A DNA stretch of 64,000 bases from Paraspadella gotoi (GCA_051294375.1 CM119271.1:8918120-8982119); one strand, 5' to 3'. Shown: positions 36,529-50,368, counted from the stretch's first letter. The notes: generated from the sequence alone by a model not told the origin. Made by a program: numbers and translations.

Positions 36529-37148
36529 ATGAACGGGCCGAGATACAGGGCGGGTGGCGGGGACTTGCCCACGGTTTCGGGCTCCGTTCCCCGGCCCATG
36601 GGAGGTAAGGAAAAATGACGATGTAAACTAATTTCCAAATTTTTTCGTCTTATACGACGATTAATCGCCCCATTGTATGCTCAAGGGCAACGTCCCATCA
36701 TCAATCATACAAAGTCAACCTCGTCGATTCCCATGAATTATCGGGCCAATTACAAGCCGCACGGGTTCAGACCCGGTGAGTACCGAGTCGAGAGAGACGG
36801 CGCGAATCGAAAACGAGATGGCTCACCATTTGCCTTTCCTCGACGCAGGTCTGCATGTTCGCACGCGACAGACGTGTCAGTATCGCGGCTCCTGCGCGCG
36901 TTCGCTCATGGTCACTCTTTATCTCGTGACTGTTGGCGTCGTCGCCGGGTTACTCGCTTTCTGGTACATGAGTCTTTGGGTCCCGAACTTGTCCAAAATC
37001 TTCGTTAACGGAACCTACGGGTTGGAGGTAAGGGCCTTCTCGACGTCGCTGCATTAACCTAAGAAGATAAATAATTTAAATTAAGAAAAAAATCTTTCAG
37101 GATGACGAAGAGATGTTTCGATCGCCAAAAATCATTCAACTTGAATGA
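36529..37148 (+). CDS. Small (~130 aa) single-pass InaF-motif protein, 4 exons
   Basis: Exons ~36529-36604, 36686-36775, 36849-37027, 37101-37148 splice in frame; ARSLMVTLYLVTVGVVAGLLAFWYMSLWVP resembles the InaF motif (R..TV..Y..SV...A..LA.YY...W.P). Confidence 0.68.
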
Positions 37149-37810
37149 ATTTAAACTTCTTGGATCATGACGCCTATCCCTCCACAGGAAGGGGGTGATA
37201 GATTTCAGAGGGAAAAAAATCGCTGCATTTTCTTTGTTTGGTTTCTTCTGATTTTATGATTACACACCAAAAATAAATATTTTCGCCCTTTTTTCGCGCA
37301 CTTCATTGGATCTCGTCAAACGATGCCTCGTCCTTTTTGCTTCATCATTCCCAACGTGCCTTGTTGCGTTTCACGAAAAAAAAAATGTCTGTGATGTCGT
37401 GACGAATTTCATATTTATTTTGTTTGTTTGCGTTATTATTTTTTATTATTATTCTAGCGACGACGACATTGTCATGTGAGTCAACTACATTTCAAAAAAT
37501 TTTCTTTTTATTTTTTAGTTTCGTTTTATAAGAAAAAAGTATACCTCCCTTATCTAAGGTAGATCTCACTTTTTTCCTATTTCTCACTTTTTATTTTATA
37601 CTTTAAACCAGTTTACATTGCTCCGTTTAATTTTTTCTTTCACCAGCCGAGGTTCTTGCTTTTCTTTAAAAAAAAAAGTAATGGGAGAATTAGCTAACTG
37701 TGCCTCAGTGCCTTTGTCTTCTCGCCGCTTTACTCCTTGACTCTCGCTCGACCCCATCGGTTTTTTGGATGGGATTGTTTCCGTGAAGATTAAAACGGCC
37801 GACGCTCGCG

Positions 37811-40800
37811 ATGGCTTCCGCGGATCAGGTCGACGACGGCGAGGTAAGGAGAATGGTGGTGGGAGGGAAAAAGGGTGGGGGAGAAGGAAGAGGGGGAAGA
37901 TTAGGAAAAAACTTTTATCCTTTTAGTTTCCATCTTTCCCTCTTTCTCCCTTTCTCCGCCCCCTTCCATAAAAAAGGTCAAAAATTGCGGGCGCCTGTGT
38001 CTCGGCGTCTTTTCGGCCTTTGGCAAACACCTCGCCGTCATCGTCCTCATCGTCGTATACTCATGCGCCGGAGGGAAACTCTTTCAGTTCTTGGAGGAAG
38101 GATCAGAGGAGGAAGCGTGTTGGGCGGGGAAGTACGACGAGACCAAGATACGGATCACCGCGCTCAAGGAAATCTGGCGAGTCTTTTATCTTGCTCGTTT
38201 CAAAATCCACCGATTGATTGGGGATTGCTTGGGATCTGAACGGGCACTTGCTTTTTTTGCAGGACAGCTTGGATCGAAGAAGAAGAAAACATGACGGCGC
38301 TCGTGCTTCGAATGGACAGCGCCATCAAAACCTACAGAGACCAAGTCGTCGACATCGGCGTTGATTTTAACAACGAAGAATGCTCGGACTCTTCTTGGAA
38401 CTGGGCCAGTGAGTTTCTGCCTTTTTCAGGTTGAAAGAAATTGGAAGTTGTTAATGGGTAGGCAGTCACGAATTCTTGGATTCAAATTGAAGGAATAAAA
38501 ATTACAAAAGCGTCAGATATAAAAAAAATTGCAATGTACAATGTGTAGGCTATGGGGTATGGATATAAGGTAACGTCGATGTCGCCTTCCGCTTTTCGTT
38601 TCAAAATTTCCACCTAAACTACTTTTCGAAAAACTTCTATTATCCACTATTCGTATGGTTAAATTTTCATTTACTACAAAAGAAAAAAAAGGGGGGAAAA
38701 TGCCTACGTCGACCTACCCGAACGCGTCGGAGAAGCTGGACAAGGGGTTGTCGGACGAGATCGCCAAAACCCAAGCCGCTTTGAGCTTCATCCGTCGTCC
38801 ACCGTTGACCGTCAAGCTGCTTTCTAAGCCCCCTTTCAAGTTCATCCACGACATCGTCTCGGAGGCGATGAAGACGCTCGAGGCCGTCGCCCGCCGCCTC
38901 TTCACGCCCACCGAGCTCGACCGTAACGCTTTCGACAGTCGAGAGCAGAAGACAGAGTATTTGGATAAGCTGATCAAGTGGATAAGGCGAGGCGGTTGGG
39001 TGAAAGAGAGGGGGTGGGGAATTGATTTGTGTCATGGTGTTGCGTGATATTCGATGAAATTTGCTCTAATCCAGCTATTTGACTGGTTCCGAACTACATG
39101 TCAGCATCCGAAGTATCTTGATGGGCAAAGAGCCCGAGTGCACCAATCAAATGTTGCAGGCCCTCGCCGCGGCCGTCAAGATTGCCGAGGGAGATCCTGA
39201 GAGGTTCTTTATCGACTCGAGTTTATGGAAGTACGATTGAAATGCATTTTAATTGTTGTAACGAATCTCCTCCAAAAGGGGATTAACAGCGGCGGGCTGG
39301 GTTAACGGAAAGGCTCCTCCGCCATCAACAAACGCTGCCAAGTGAGATCACACCGTCGTGACTCGTGTCTCTCTATTTCCCGTTTTATCTCCTCACCCTT
39401 CCCGGTATTTCCCTCATTCGAAAAAGGGAACCGGAAAAGCTTCGCCCATCTCCGAGTCCGCGTCGCAAGCAAGCTTTGTTCGACGTCGACGACGAGGACG
39501 AATCCCCCGATCGGGGCCCGCCCAACATTATCGAGGACAAGCCGGAGGCGGACGCGCCTACCGAGGACTTTCACGTGATCGAAGTGGCCGACGGTAGAGT
39601 CAAGACCAAGCAGCTCAAGTCGGCCATGAGAGCCCCCATATTGGAGGAGGAGGAAGAAGAGCAGGGTCTGGAATATGAAATTGGGAGCGTTGGAAGGGGT
39701 AGTTGGAATTCTCAACTCCGTCTCTCGCCTTTTCGCAGAAACCCACGGCGTTCTCGTCCGGAAGATCCTGGAGATGCGGAAAGGGATCGAAGAGATGGAG
39801 AGGAAGGCTCAGGTTTCGATCTTTGCTTTGACGTCTCGAGCTTTTCTCCCCAAACCTCTGGCTCGATTTTCAGCAAGACTCGCCCTCTGACGAGGGGCCC
39901 GGGGAGAACGTGGCGGCCATGGAACGCCAGCAGAAGGAACGAGAGTTGGTTAGATTGCGTCGGGAAGTCGCGGGCACCAGGAGGAACATACAAACGTTGT
40001 CGGCTTGCGTGACGCCGATGAGCAAGGAAATGGACGAAGTTCAGATCGCCGTCGACATCATGGTGCAGGTGTCCGATGATACCGTTCGTCCGTATCGTAA
40101 TTCCGTTACCGTTTCATTTTTTTTTGCGATTCCGTCACGATCGCATGACGAATTCCGCATTCACTCTTCCCCTAATCGTTATTGTAGCAGATTAATTTGT
40201 AAATTATCTGAAATGAGATTGAGTTCCTCAATCTCTCAGGAACACGCCCAATCTCGCCACCAGAACTCTTTCCTTCGGGATCGCCTCCTGCAAGAGCGGA
40301 TGGCCTCCGAGGAATATTTTTCGCCAATGAAGATGAAGTTGAAGATTCTCCAGGGCGAGATCGACGACCGAATGGAGCAGATCCGGTCGCAGAAGAGAAG
40401 CATCAAGTACAACAACGACAAAATTAACAGGATCATTGAGAAGAGCCTGCAAATCGGCCACGAGTCCAAGTCATAAATGTTTTTCGTCTCCTAAATTTTG
40501 GTCTCACAAACTGCGTCGTATTGTTTTCTAATGTAATTTAAATAAACTCGTAAACAGAATGAGTCGTGACTAACATTATTTTCCCCGTTTGTGAGGTTTA
40601 GCTATTTAGTGATTTGTTAAGTCGTGATAGACTTTAGATAAACATAAGTAGGTAAATATCGCGATGTAACACAAAATTTCTAGTAACTGAAGACCTTTTG
40701 GGTAAAACTAAAATTAAAAAAACATTTCAGCATTTGGGAAATATATATCTATACATATTTATACATACATACATAGTAAGGATAATTTAAAGCCACGAAA

Positions 40801-42663
40801 AATTGCATCTCCCTTCCCAGACGCGGTCCTCTTTTCCGTGACCATTATCAGCACCATTGGTTACGGCCACATTTCGCCGGTCACGTGGGAAGGTCAGATC
40901 GTCTGCATCTGCTACGCCGTCGTCGGCCTTCCTATTTTCGGCGTCTTCCTCTCGTTGCTTGGCGACGCCTTAGCGCATTACTTCCTCAGGGGTTACAAAG
41001 TGGTGCAGGATTTTGTGTGCAGGTGAGTTGATATTGGATGTTGATGTTGGATCTTTCATTGACATTGATCCCCTTTTCTTGGGCGTCAGGCTTTTCCGCA
41101 GCGAATGTTGTCGGTCGAAAAAGCAACAACGAAACGGTTCGATTCGCCGAGATCTCGAACTCGCCTCCCCCAATGCCAAATATCCATTGTCTCCGAGCGA
41201 ACGCCATTACGTGAGAGAATTTAAAAAAAATTATACATATAATTGAACATAAGGTTTTAACTATTTTATCGGATAAACCGAATTCTCTTTCTCCACCATC
41301 GTGTAAGGACTCGACCTCGCCCGACGTCATCTCTCAAAAAATCGGCTGTGATTCGGACGTCACCTCCATAACCCTTCACCAGATTTGGCCAAAGGTCGAC
41401 CCCGTCCCCGGAGATGAGGAGAAGTCGGCGCGGCAAAGTCACGTCAGCCCCGACGCCGCCAGGTAAGTTCAAGGGTTGATTGATTGATTGATTGATTGCT
41501 TTTCTCTCTCTTTTAATTTTTGTGCAGTTCATTTTACGAGCGGTACGGTTCGAGGGAAAGAGACGTTGGGAGAACTAGTTTCGCCGACGAGGTGGCGGAA
41601 AATGAAGAAGAGGAAGAGGAAGTGATCACCGTTCCTCTCACCGTGAGCGTCATCGTGATCGGAGGGTATCTCGGTGGGTGATTTGGCTGTGAGACTTTTA
41701 TGTAATTTGCGTGTTTTTTTTTTGTGTTTTTTTTTTAATCTTACTAGTTACTAGTTACTACCAGTCGCCGCGAATCGACACCGAGTTTTTTTTTCAGACT
41801 GCAATCTTCTCATTCCCTTCACCCAGGCCTCGGCGGGTTAATGTTCGGAGTTTTTGAGGGATGGAGTCCGATGGAAGCCGCGTATTTCAGCTTCATCACC
41901 TTGTCGACGATCGGTTTCGGCGACTTCGTCCCGGGAACCGAAACCGAAGCCCTCGCGGTGAGTGTTGGCCCGACGCCTTTCTCAATGTTCTCGCACCTTT
42001 TTTTTGGTTTTATCGGGACTCTCGTTTCTCGGGAGGTGTGTGTGAACAGATCGGTTTTTAATTCTTTCAACTATTCTTTTAACGATCACTCTAATTATTT
42101 TCATTTTCGTTGGTAAGTGTCCTTTTTTTTTTTTTCTTGGAGATTTAATTTTTTTGACGTTTTATTGATTGGCTGACGTCTTGACGTCGCCTGTCATTAT
42201 CTCATTTTAGTTTGTGAACGTATCTAATTGTACCTAATATATGTCACACGTGTACGTCCCTAGTTTTTCTTTTGTTTCACCGTGAATCGTATACGCAGTG
42301 TTTGTGATGTATTTATGTTCGTGGTGTTACATTCGTTTCGGCCCCCCAGTTAACCAAACTCAAACTCACTGTCACCTTTGGGAACACAATTCTTTTTTTT
42401 TTTTTTTTTGCGAGTTTATATCGTTCATATTGAAATTTCAATTTCAGGGCGAACTAAAGATGTTATGCGCCGCCATTTATATTATGTTCGGAATGGCGCT
42501 TTTGGCCATGTGTTTTAATTTGATGCAGGTAATTTGCTCGGTAATCAATTTGTCATCTTTTTAACTTTAAATTAATTTCTCGTCTAACCGGTTTTATTTT
42601 CAGGACAAAATCGTTCAAAAAGTGCAGTGGATCATCAAGCGATGCAAGCGAAAAAAAGAATAA
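37811..42663 (+). CDS. Two-pore-domain (K2P, TWIK/TWK family) potassium channel
   Basis: TM1 (HLAVIVLIVVYSCAGGKLFQFLE), pore 1 WNWA|NAVLFSVTIISTIGYGHISPVTWEGQ, pore 2 AAYFSFITLSTIGFGDFVP, TM4 YIMFGMALLAMCFNLMQ; a large intron 38409-40820 hosts another gene. Confidence 0.92.
38700..40476 (+). CDS. TRAF3IP1: IFT54/TRAF3IP1 (MIP-T3)-like protein nested in the K2P intron
   Basis: CH-domain signature KTQAALSFIRRPPLTVKLLSKPPFKFIHDIV...MGKEPECTNQMLQAL; C-terminal HGVLVRKILE and coiled coil ending NNDKINRII; own AATAAA at 40541. Confidence 0.85.
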
Positions 42664-43974
42664 CTAACTTGTTGTTGTCTTCAACTCAATTTTTTTTACC
42701 AATATTCCAGCTTTGGTTACAGTGTTTTATAATTGCTTGAGGTGCTATTTCAAACTATTACTTGGTCTTGAATCACATATGCCTTACGACTAATGCTACT
42801 TGGTATTATCTACTAACATAACTTCGGTGGGATTGAAGTGCTAAAATGTTTATTTTTTTTTGGTAGCTAGTTTTGTTTTGTAGTGGCTAAGGAAGTAACG
42901 GGTTCGCACTTTGAAAATGTTACATTTTTTATGCTATTTAATGAGTCCTTTAGATTAATTGTGAATACTCATAATTTTTTTTTCCTCAATTTTTCATCGA
43001 AGACTACGTATTGGCTGAAAAGAGGCTTGTAATTGCCGCAAATACAGTTTAATCCAAAAATTTGGCCGGACACGCTTTGCTCGTTAAAATTTCGGCAAGT
43101 TACAACTTGGCTTTAAAAATAATTCTTCATAATGAATTAACTTGAAACGTGTATCCGTTACATCCTTAGTGATAAATTTACGTCACCCTTTGTGCGGGTC
43201 ACTCAATTCCGATTTTCAGAAACCGAAAAGGGTTGAAGTGCATTTTTTGATATTTTATTTACAAGAAAAGACAGATTTATGGAAATACCAATATGCACTT
43301 GGATCGAACATTTATTCAGAGGGTTTTTTGTTGTCGAGCGCAAATCGCTCAACTTTTTTCGTCTTTGTAATTTGTCTACGTATTTTTTGTGCCTTTGCGA
43401 AATTCGATGGCACAGTTTTTTTTATGATTTTAGTAAGTAGTTTGTGCCATTCGGTGGCTTGTGTTTTTTTTTTTTCTAAATCCAGTTTAAATTTATTATG
43501 TGAAGAAGGTCCGGTATATAGCCTTCTTCTGCTTGCATTTTTTCATAGAGATACTTTGCATGACAGGTTTCAATAAATTTATACAATTTAAAAAACCAAA
43601 CAAAAAAAACCACTTTTACTCTTTCCGATGGCCAAATTTTCTCAATGTGTATTATTTATTATTTAAATCGAATCTCTTCGCGTCTTTTGTCGTTTTATCC
43701 TCCGGTTTTTCGTGGACGCGACCAAAAGTTGTTTTTTTTTTTTTGGCCCCATCCCCCCGTTTTTCTTTTCTCCTCCAAAGTATTGCGATGACAATATTTA
43801 TATACATATTTACTTTACAATACACCAAAACCGCTTTATGGGCGTCTCGGATGAACTCAATATTTATCTTTTCAGATATGAAATCATTCGGCGGGATGTG
43901 TCAGGTTTCAGTGACGCTTAACTAAAAAACAAAGAAAAAAGAAAAAAAAACTGAACAAAAATCGAAGGTCGATC

Positions 43975-46900
43975 ATGAGATCCCACGGCGGCTGGACTCA
44001 GGTGGAGGAATTTTCCCGCTTCGGCGTCGCCCTCCACAACTTCTCGGAGAACGGGTTTTCCCGCCTCTCCCTCGACGTCGGCGACACGTTGCACCTTCTC
44101 CAGGAGACGGAGGAGTGGTACTACGGCTTCAAGACGAAGAACCGCGGCCTCGTCGGCATCTTCCCCAAGTCCTACGTCCACGTCAAGGAATGCGAGGTCG
44201 ATCAGAGCGGCATCTATCCCTCTGCATCGCCCAAGGAGCCGCCAATCGCTCAGGAGATCACCTCTACCCTCCGCGAATGGCTCGTCCTCTGGAAAGGCCT
44301 CTACGTGGCCAAAGGCGACCACTTCAACCTCGTCAAACTCTACATGCAGCGTCTCATCGAATGGCGGAAGTTGCTCATGTGCGGCAAGCTGACGCAAGAG
44401 GAGACGCGGGACCACCATCAGAAAGTGGTCAACGCCATCGACACTGGCAACTCGGTGCTGGGATTGGACATGGTGGTCCGGGACGAGGACGGGAACGTGC
44501 TCAATCCCGAGCGCTCCGGCGCCGTCAAACTTTTTCGCGCTCACGAGCGCTCGGCGGAGATCATTCACGCGCAGCGCGAGACTATCTCCGGGAAGTTCAC
44601 GCAGAAGGCGCCCTCTATTCCGAAGCACACTTACTCGCTCATGTTGACTGTTGGGCAGCCTTTTAATTGCAACGTCGGGGAAGAGGTTGATCTACAGTTC
44701 GGCCTCTATGACTCGCACGCCTGTCGCTTTTTCACCGACTTCTATACCATCAGGTAGATGTTTTTTTGTTTTCATTATAGTTTCAGTTGAAAGTCTATTG
44801 AGTTGTGTGTTCTTACGTATTATCATCTTCCTCATTCTAGGCTGGCCAAAAACGGGAAAGCCAAGGAGATTCAGAATCACTCCACCAACTTCAAAGCCGT
44901 CTACACTGATTTAGGCAAGGAGGATTTACTTCACAAGTACCTAGTCTGTCAGATCGTGCGCTACGGCAAGATGGACCTCAAAGACCAGGACAAAAAGGGC
45001 CTCACTCTCGACCTCCGGCGCCCCTTCGGCGTCGCCGTCAAGGAAATTTCCTCCATCTTGATGCACAAACAGAACGAGGGCGACGAGGACAAATTCGAGG
45101 ACATCCCCGTCCACCCCTGCGGCGACCGAGAAAACTTCGACGCCGTCGTCAAAAAGGTCGTCTCCCAAAAGGACCTCTCCAGCCGGGCGCCCAGGGATTC
45201 GGTCAAGATTTCCCTCCGCAGACTTGAAGGCGACTACAAGCAGCTGATGGACGACTATCCCCACTTGGTTGTCGGCAACACGGCCGTTGCACGTAAAATG
45301 GGCTTCCCCGAAGTGATCTACCCGAAAGACTTTCGAAACGACATCTACGTGACCATCGTCGAGGGAGAGTTCTCTCCCAACTTCAAAAACGTCGAGGTCA
45401 CGATGACCGTTCACAACAGGGACGGAAAAAAACTGCCCGACGTCATCTGCGACGGACGTGGGGGATTCTCCGCCGACTTCCGAACCGTCACTTATTGGCA
45501 CGAAGTCCGACCCAAGTGGAACGAAACGATCAAGATTCAAATCCCGCAGGAGGTCTTCCGCGACTCTCATCTCCGCTTCGTCTTCAAGCACCGCTCGTCG
45601 ACGGAGACGCGCGATCGGGCGGAGAAGCCCTTCGCCCTCGCCTACATGAGGCTGATGAAGGACAAGGATCAGACGACGATTCACGACGGAGACCACGACC
45701 TCATTCTCTACGCCCTCAACCAGAGAAAGGCCGACGCCATCGAGGGATATCTCGACGTGCCCTCGCTCAAGAGCCAACTCGACTCGAGCCTCTACAACAA
45801 CCGGGTTAAGATGACGGCCGATTTGACGGTGACCAACAAGGACAATCTCAAGATTTCCACGTTGCTTTGTTCGACGAAATTGACGCAAAACGTGGACATA
45901 TTGAACGTCTTCAACTGGCGGGAGAACTCCAAGGGATTGCAGGACGTCCTTAAGGCGCTGATGGAAGTTCAGGGAGAAGAGATCGTCAAATTTTTGCAGG
46001 ACATTTTCGACATTCTGTTTTTGATTTTGATCGAGAATCAAGACTGCGATCTTTACGACAATCTCGTCTTCGAATGTTTGGTCTACATCATCACGCTCAT
46101 GTCCGACCGGAAGTATTCTCATTTCAAATCCGTTTTGGACGTGTACATTCACGAAAACTTTTGCGCCACCCTTGCCTACAACAAGTTGATCGTCGTGTTG
46201 AAGTATTACATTGACCACTGCTTGACCGACCCGGACGAGGAGCACAACCGCGCCGTCCTGCAAAAGGCGCTCAAGTCGATCAAGTACATTTTCAAGTTCA
46301 TCATTCGATCCTGGAAGATGTTCTCGGAGCTGCGGGAAGGTCAGGGACGTAAGTCCTTCATCGATTCTCTCGAAAGCCTTTTCGAGTCGCTGGCGAAGTT
46401 GATGTCTTTCGTCTCTGAAACTTCCCTCCCCGTTCAGGGCAGCGCCCTCAAGTATTTGCCTTGCATAGTTGACGACGTCATCCAAGAATTCGAACCTTTA
46501 GACTTAACGCGCTTGTTGGTTAGTTTCCCCGATAATCTGTCGCCGAAGCGGTTGACGCGTCAAAAGACCCAGTTTCTGGATGACCTCATCAAAACCAACC
46601 TGTTTCACATCGAAGCTTGTCGAGAAGAATTGATTTCGGCCATCTGCAAGCACCTGGCCGAACCGCTCGGAAGTCAGACGGAAACGGAGTTGGAATCCGT
46701 TTCTGACGTCCTCATGGATATGATGGACGCGCTTCATCGCAACGATATCGGTTCCAACACGAAAGATCTTATGACCATTTTTCTCAAATTGATGAGACCT
46801 GTCATTCAAAACGGCGTCATCGCGCAACAACGCGTATCGAGTTTGAGGCCCAAATTTGTGTCGGTCATGATAGCGATGCTCGCGTCCATGAGCGAGTGGC

Positions 46901-49812
46901 ATTATCAAAATTATCTCTGCGGTTTTGCGACGTCCATCGACGTCCAAGATTTTTTGACGGAAATTCTGATGGTTTTCTGCGATCTAGTCAGCAAAGACAA
47001 CAGCGTATTTCAAAAGGATTGGAGTCAAATGCTGCTGTTTCAAAACGCGGTTATTTTAAAATCATTGCGGCTATTCTCCGGAACCATAACTCAACTTTTT
47101 ATTCACCCCAATGATTTTAAGATACAATTGCTGCGGAATTTTTTTTACTGCTCAGTGAAATTTCTCACCCACGAATCCATGCAATTGGAGACTTTTTCGC
47201 AAAACAAGAGGAAAAAGATAATATCCAGGTACAAGGACATGCGACGCGAAATGGCCTATGAGATCAAGCTGATGTGGCGAAGTTTGGGCGGGAATAAGCG
47301 ACATTTCGTCCCGGATTTAGTAGGACTCTTTCTGGAGATGAACCTGATTCCACAACCTGACATTCGTCGCCTCACCATCCCCATATTCTACGAAATGATG
47401 GAGTGCGAGTTCAAGCAAATCATTCCCGGCTCCACTGGCCGCGGGGGCATCAAAGGGAGTTTCGACGAGTTCGAGAGCGAAATGATCGAACAGCTGGACG
47501 TCCTCGTCGAAGGAGGCCAAGGCGACGAGGCCTACAACGACCTCTTCAAAAAGATCATGACGGAATTGTGCAACCTGTGCGACGTGCCGCAATTGAAGGC
47601 GCAAGGGAAGGATTTCGTCAAGACGGTCTGCAATCTTTTTCAAAGGCTTCTCCAGTACAGAGCCATGATCAATGACGAGAGCACCGACAACAGAATGAAA
47701 TGCACCGTCAACTTACTAGAATTTTACAACGAGCTAGAACGACAAGAGATGTACATTCGTTATTTGTATAAACTGAGCGACCTTCACATGGACTGCGACA
47801 ACTTTACCGAGGCCGCTTACACGCTCATGCATCACGCTCGTCTTCTAAGTTGGTCCAAGGAGGAACTTCACAAAAAACTGGAAACGGAGAAATATCCCGA
47901 CTGCCACACTCACCTCGATCTGAAAGTTCGTCTCTACATCGACATCATAGACTTGTTCGACAAGGGCAAACTCTGGGAAAAAGGGATCGAGCTCTGCAAA
48001 GAGCTGGCTCAGTTGTACGAGAACGAACTTTACGACTATAATCAACTGAGCTTTATTCATCGAAAATTAGCCAACTTTTTCGACAACATCTCCCTCACGG
48101 ATTTTCGCCCAGAACCCGAGTATTATCGCGTGGGTTTCTACGGAAAGGGTTACCCCTCCTTCCTTTGCAACAAAGAGTACGTGTACAGGGGGGAAGAGTT
48201 GGAACGACTGGCCGATTTCACGGCGCGGATACAGAATCAGTACCCGCAGGCGAAGCTGATGGACAAATTGCTCCCGCCCAAGAAAATCCCAGGAGAATAT
48301 CTGGAATCCAAGGAGCAGTACCTTCAGATCAATCGGGTGGCCCCCGTCATGGACCCCGGCATGAAGCGCAAATTCAAGGGGAAAAATGTCGCCGTTCAAA
48401 TCTCGCGTTATTACAAAGTCAACGAAGTTCGAGAGTTCACTTTCGACAAGCGACTCAAAAAAGCTTCTCCGGGAGTCGACGAATCTAGCGATATCGGAAC
48501 GTTATGGGTAGAAAGAACCACTTTGGAAACGACCTATTCCTTCCCGGGAATTTTAAGGTGGTTCCCCGTCTCGTTTCACAAAACCTTTGAGATCTCTCCG
48601 CTCCAGTTCGCCGTGGAGACGATGGAAGATAAAAGCAAAGACCTAAGGTCCAAGATCGAAAGGGCCTGCCACCCGAACTTCAATATCGACATGCTCTCAA
48701 TGAACCTCAACGGGATCATCGACGCCGCAGTCATGGGCGGCACCAAAGAGTACGAGAAAGCCTTTTTCACCCCAGCCTACCTGCAGGCGAACTCGCATCA
48801 CAAGCACCTCGTCGAACAGTTAAAGGATCAGATCGCCATGCAAATCCCCATCCTCGCTGAGGGAATCGAAATTCACCGGCAGCTCGCCCCCGTCTCGCTC
48901 AGACCTTTCCATCAAAAGCTCGAGGAGTGCTTCAAGATTCACCGGGAACACGTCATTCAAAACTACGGAAAGGCGGAGGCTTACGAAGTCGCTTATCGCC
49001 GTCGCCCCTTGCCGCGAGCTCAACCCGCTCCAGTGTCGTACGTAAAGCAGACGGAGGAGTCCGCGGAGCAGCAGCGCAGCAGCGAGACTGATTCCGAGGA
49101 GAGCATCAGCCTCAAGTCCTCCTCGAAGCTGGCATCGATGGGGAGCAAGATCGCCAGCGTTTCCAAGGGTTTGTCGAGCAGCAGCGCGCGGGCTCTGACG
49201 TCGCCCAACAAAATGTTCAGCATAACCGGGAACGCCGCCAAGCATTTAAGCAATAATGGGTTGATCGCGAGCGGCGGCGGCGGATCCAACCAACAGCCTG
49301 ATCTCATTACCAACGGCGTCGTTTCGCCGTCTTCGCAGCAGCAGCAGCATCAAATCGAATTGTCGCAAGAGTTGACCCCGCAAAGGCCGCCCCGCCCCTC
49401 GGTGGATGCGAGGAACGCCTCTCGTCCTCCGAGTGACGGCAGCAACAACAGTCAGCCTCAGATCAACTCCCTGCATCCGTCGAGCAGCTTCGCCGCTTCC
49501 AGCGGCATCGGCAGCCCGGACTCGGACGGTCCGCCCCCGCTGCCGAGCAAGGGTGAACACGCCTCTGTCTGTAGCGCCACTTCCGGATTGGGACTCTCGC
49601 GAGATTCCTCCGGCGGCAGCGGAGACCTGCTGCGGGGTATTCAGTCCTCCCTGTCGACCATGGCTCTTGGAAGCGGGGAAATTTTGTCGCCCGATTCGGC
49701 GGGCGGACCGCCTGCCATTCCCAAGAAGGAAATGGTCGACGCTCCGCCGCCGTCTCTGCCGCAAAAGGGGAGGGTCTCGATTCAGGGGTTGAGTCAATTG
49801 CAAAATCATTAA
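43975..49812 (+). CDS. Dedicator of cytokinesis, DOCK-A subfamily (DOCK1/5, myoblast city-like) Rac GEF, 2 exons
   Basis: N-terminal SH3 (LDVGDTLHLLQETEEWYYG...GIFPKSYV), DHR1 (ARKMGFPEVI...RNDIYVT), DHR2 (NGIIDAAVMGG..YEKAFF) and Pro-rich tail; single intron 44754-44840. Confidence 0.95.
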
Positions 49813-50368
49813 CATTTTTGTTGTCAATTTTTATTTTCTCTTTTTCGCATGAATCTTGTCGAGTAGGTGATACATTTTTGGCGCGTTATTTATGATTTTT
49901 CTTCTTTCTTTGGTGATGGTTCCGGTTTTAAATCATGAAATAAAAAAAATTTAGGAACGTTAAAAGTTGGCTTTTGTTATAATTTGGGTTTGGAATTTAT
50001 TACCGATCGCTGGTTTCGTTTCATAAAGGTAATACACGTAATCTTAATTGAATTCATGCTTTTTTATGGCTACGGGTCAATTACCAACTTTTATATGTAT
50101 AGTCGAATTTGTACTCCGTTCTTAATTACGACGTTGTTAGTAAAAATTATAAATAACATTCCCTTTTTTGTACGTGGTTCGTATATTTTATTTACCTGCC
50201 AAACGTTTCTTCTTTTTTATAGCTATGAAGACAGAAACATAAAAATATCACACATTGAGTTAGAGACGATATGAAAATCGGATAATGTGAAAACGTTCGA
50301 GTGAGATAGAAGGAGCGAAGAGAGGGTGAACTCACTCCTTTGTATCGAAGCTGAGTAGATCGGGAATC

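Noticed and set aside
44941-46485. 514-aa antisense ORF, and similar ones at 2593-3504 and 43918-44628
   Set aside because: Mirror frames of GC3-rich coding exons; no recognisable domains.
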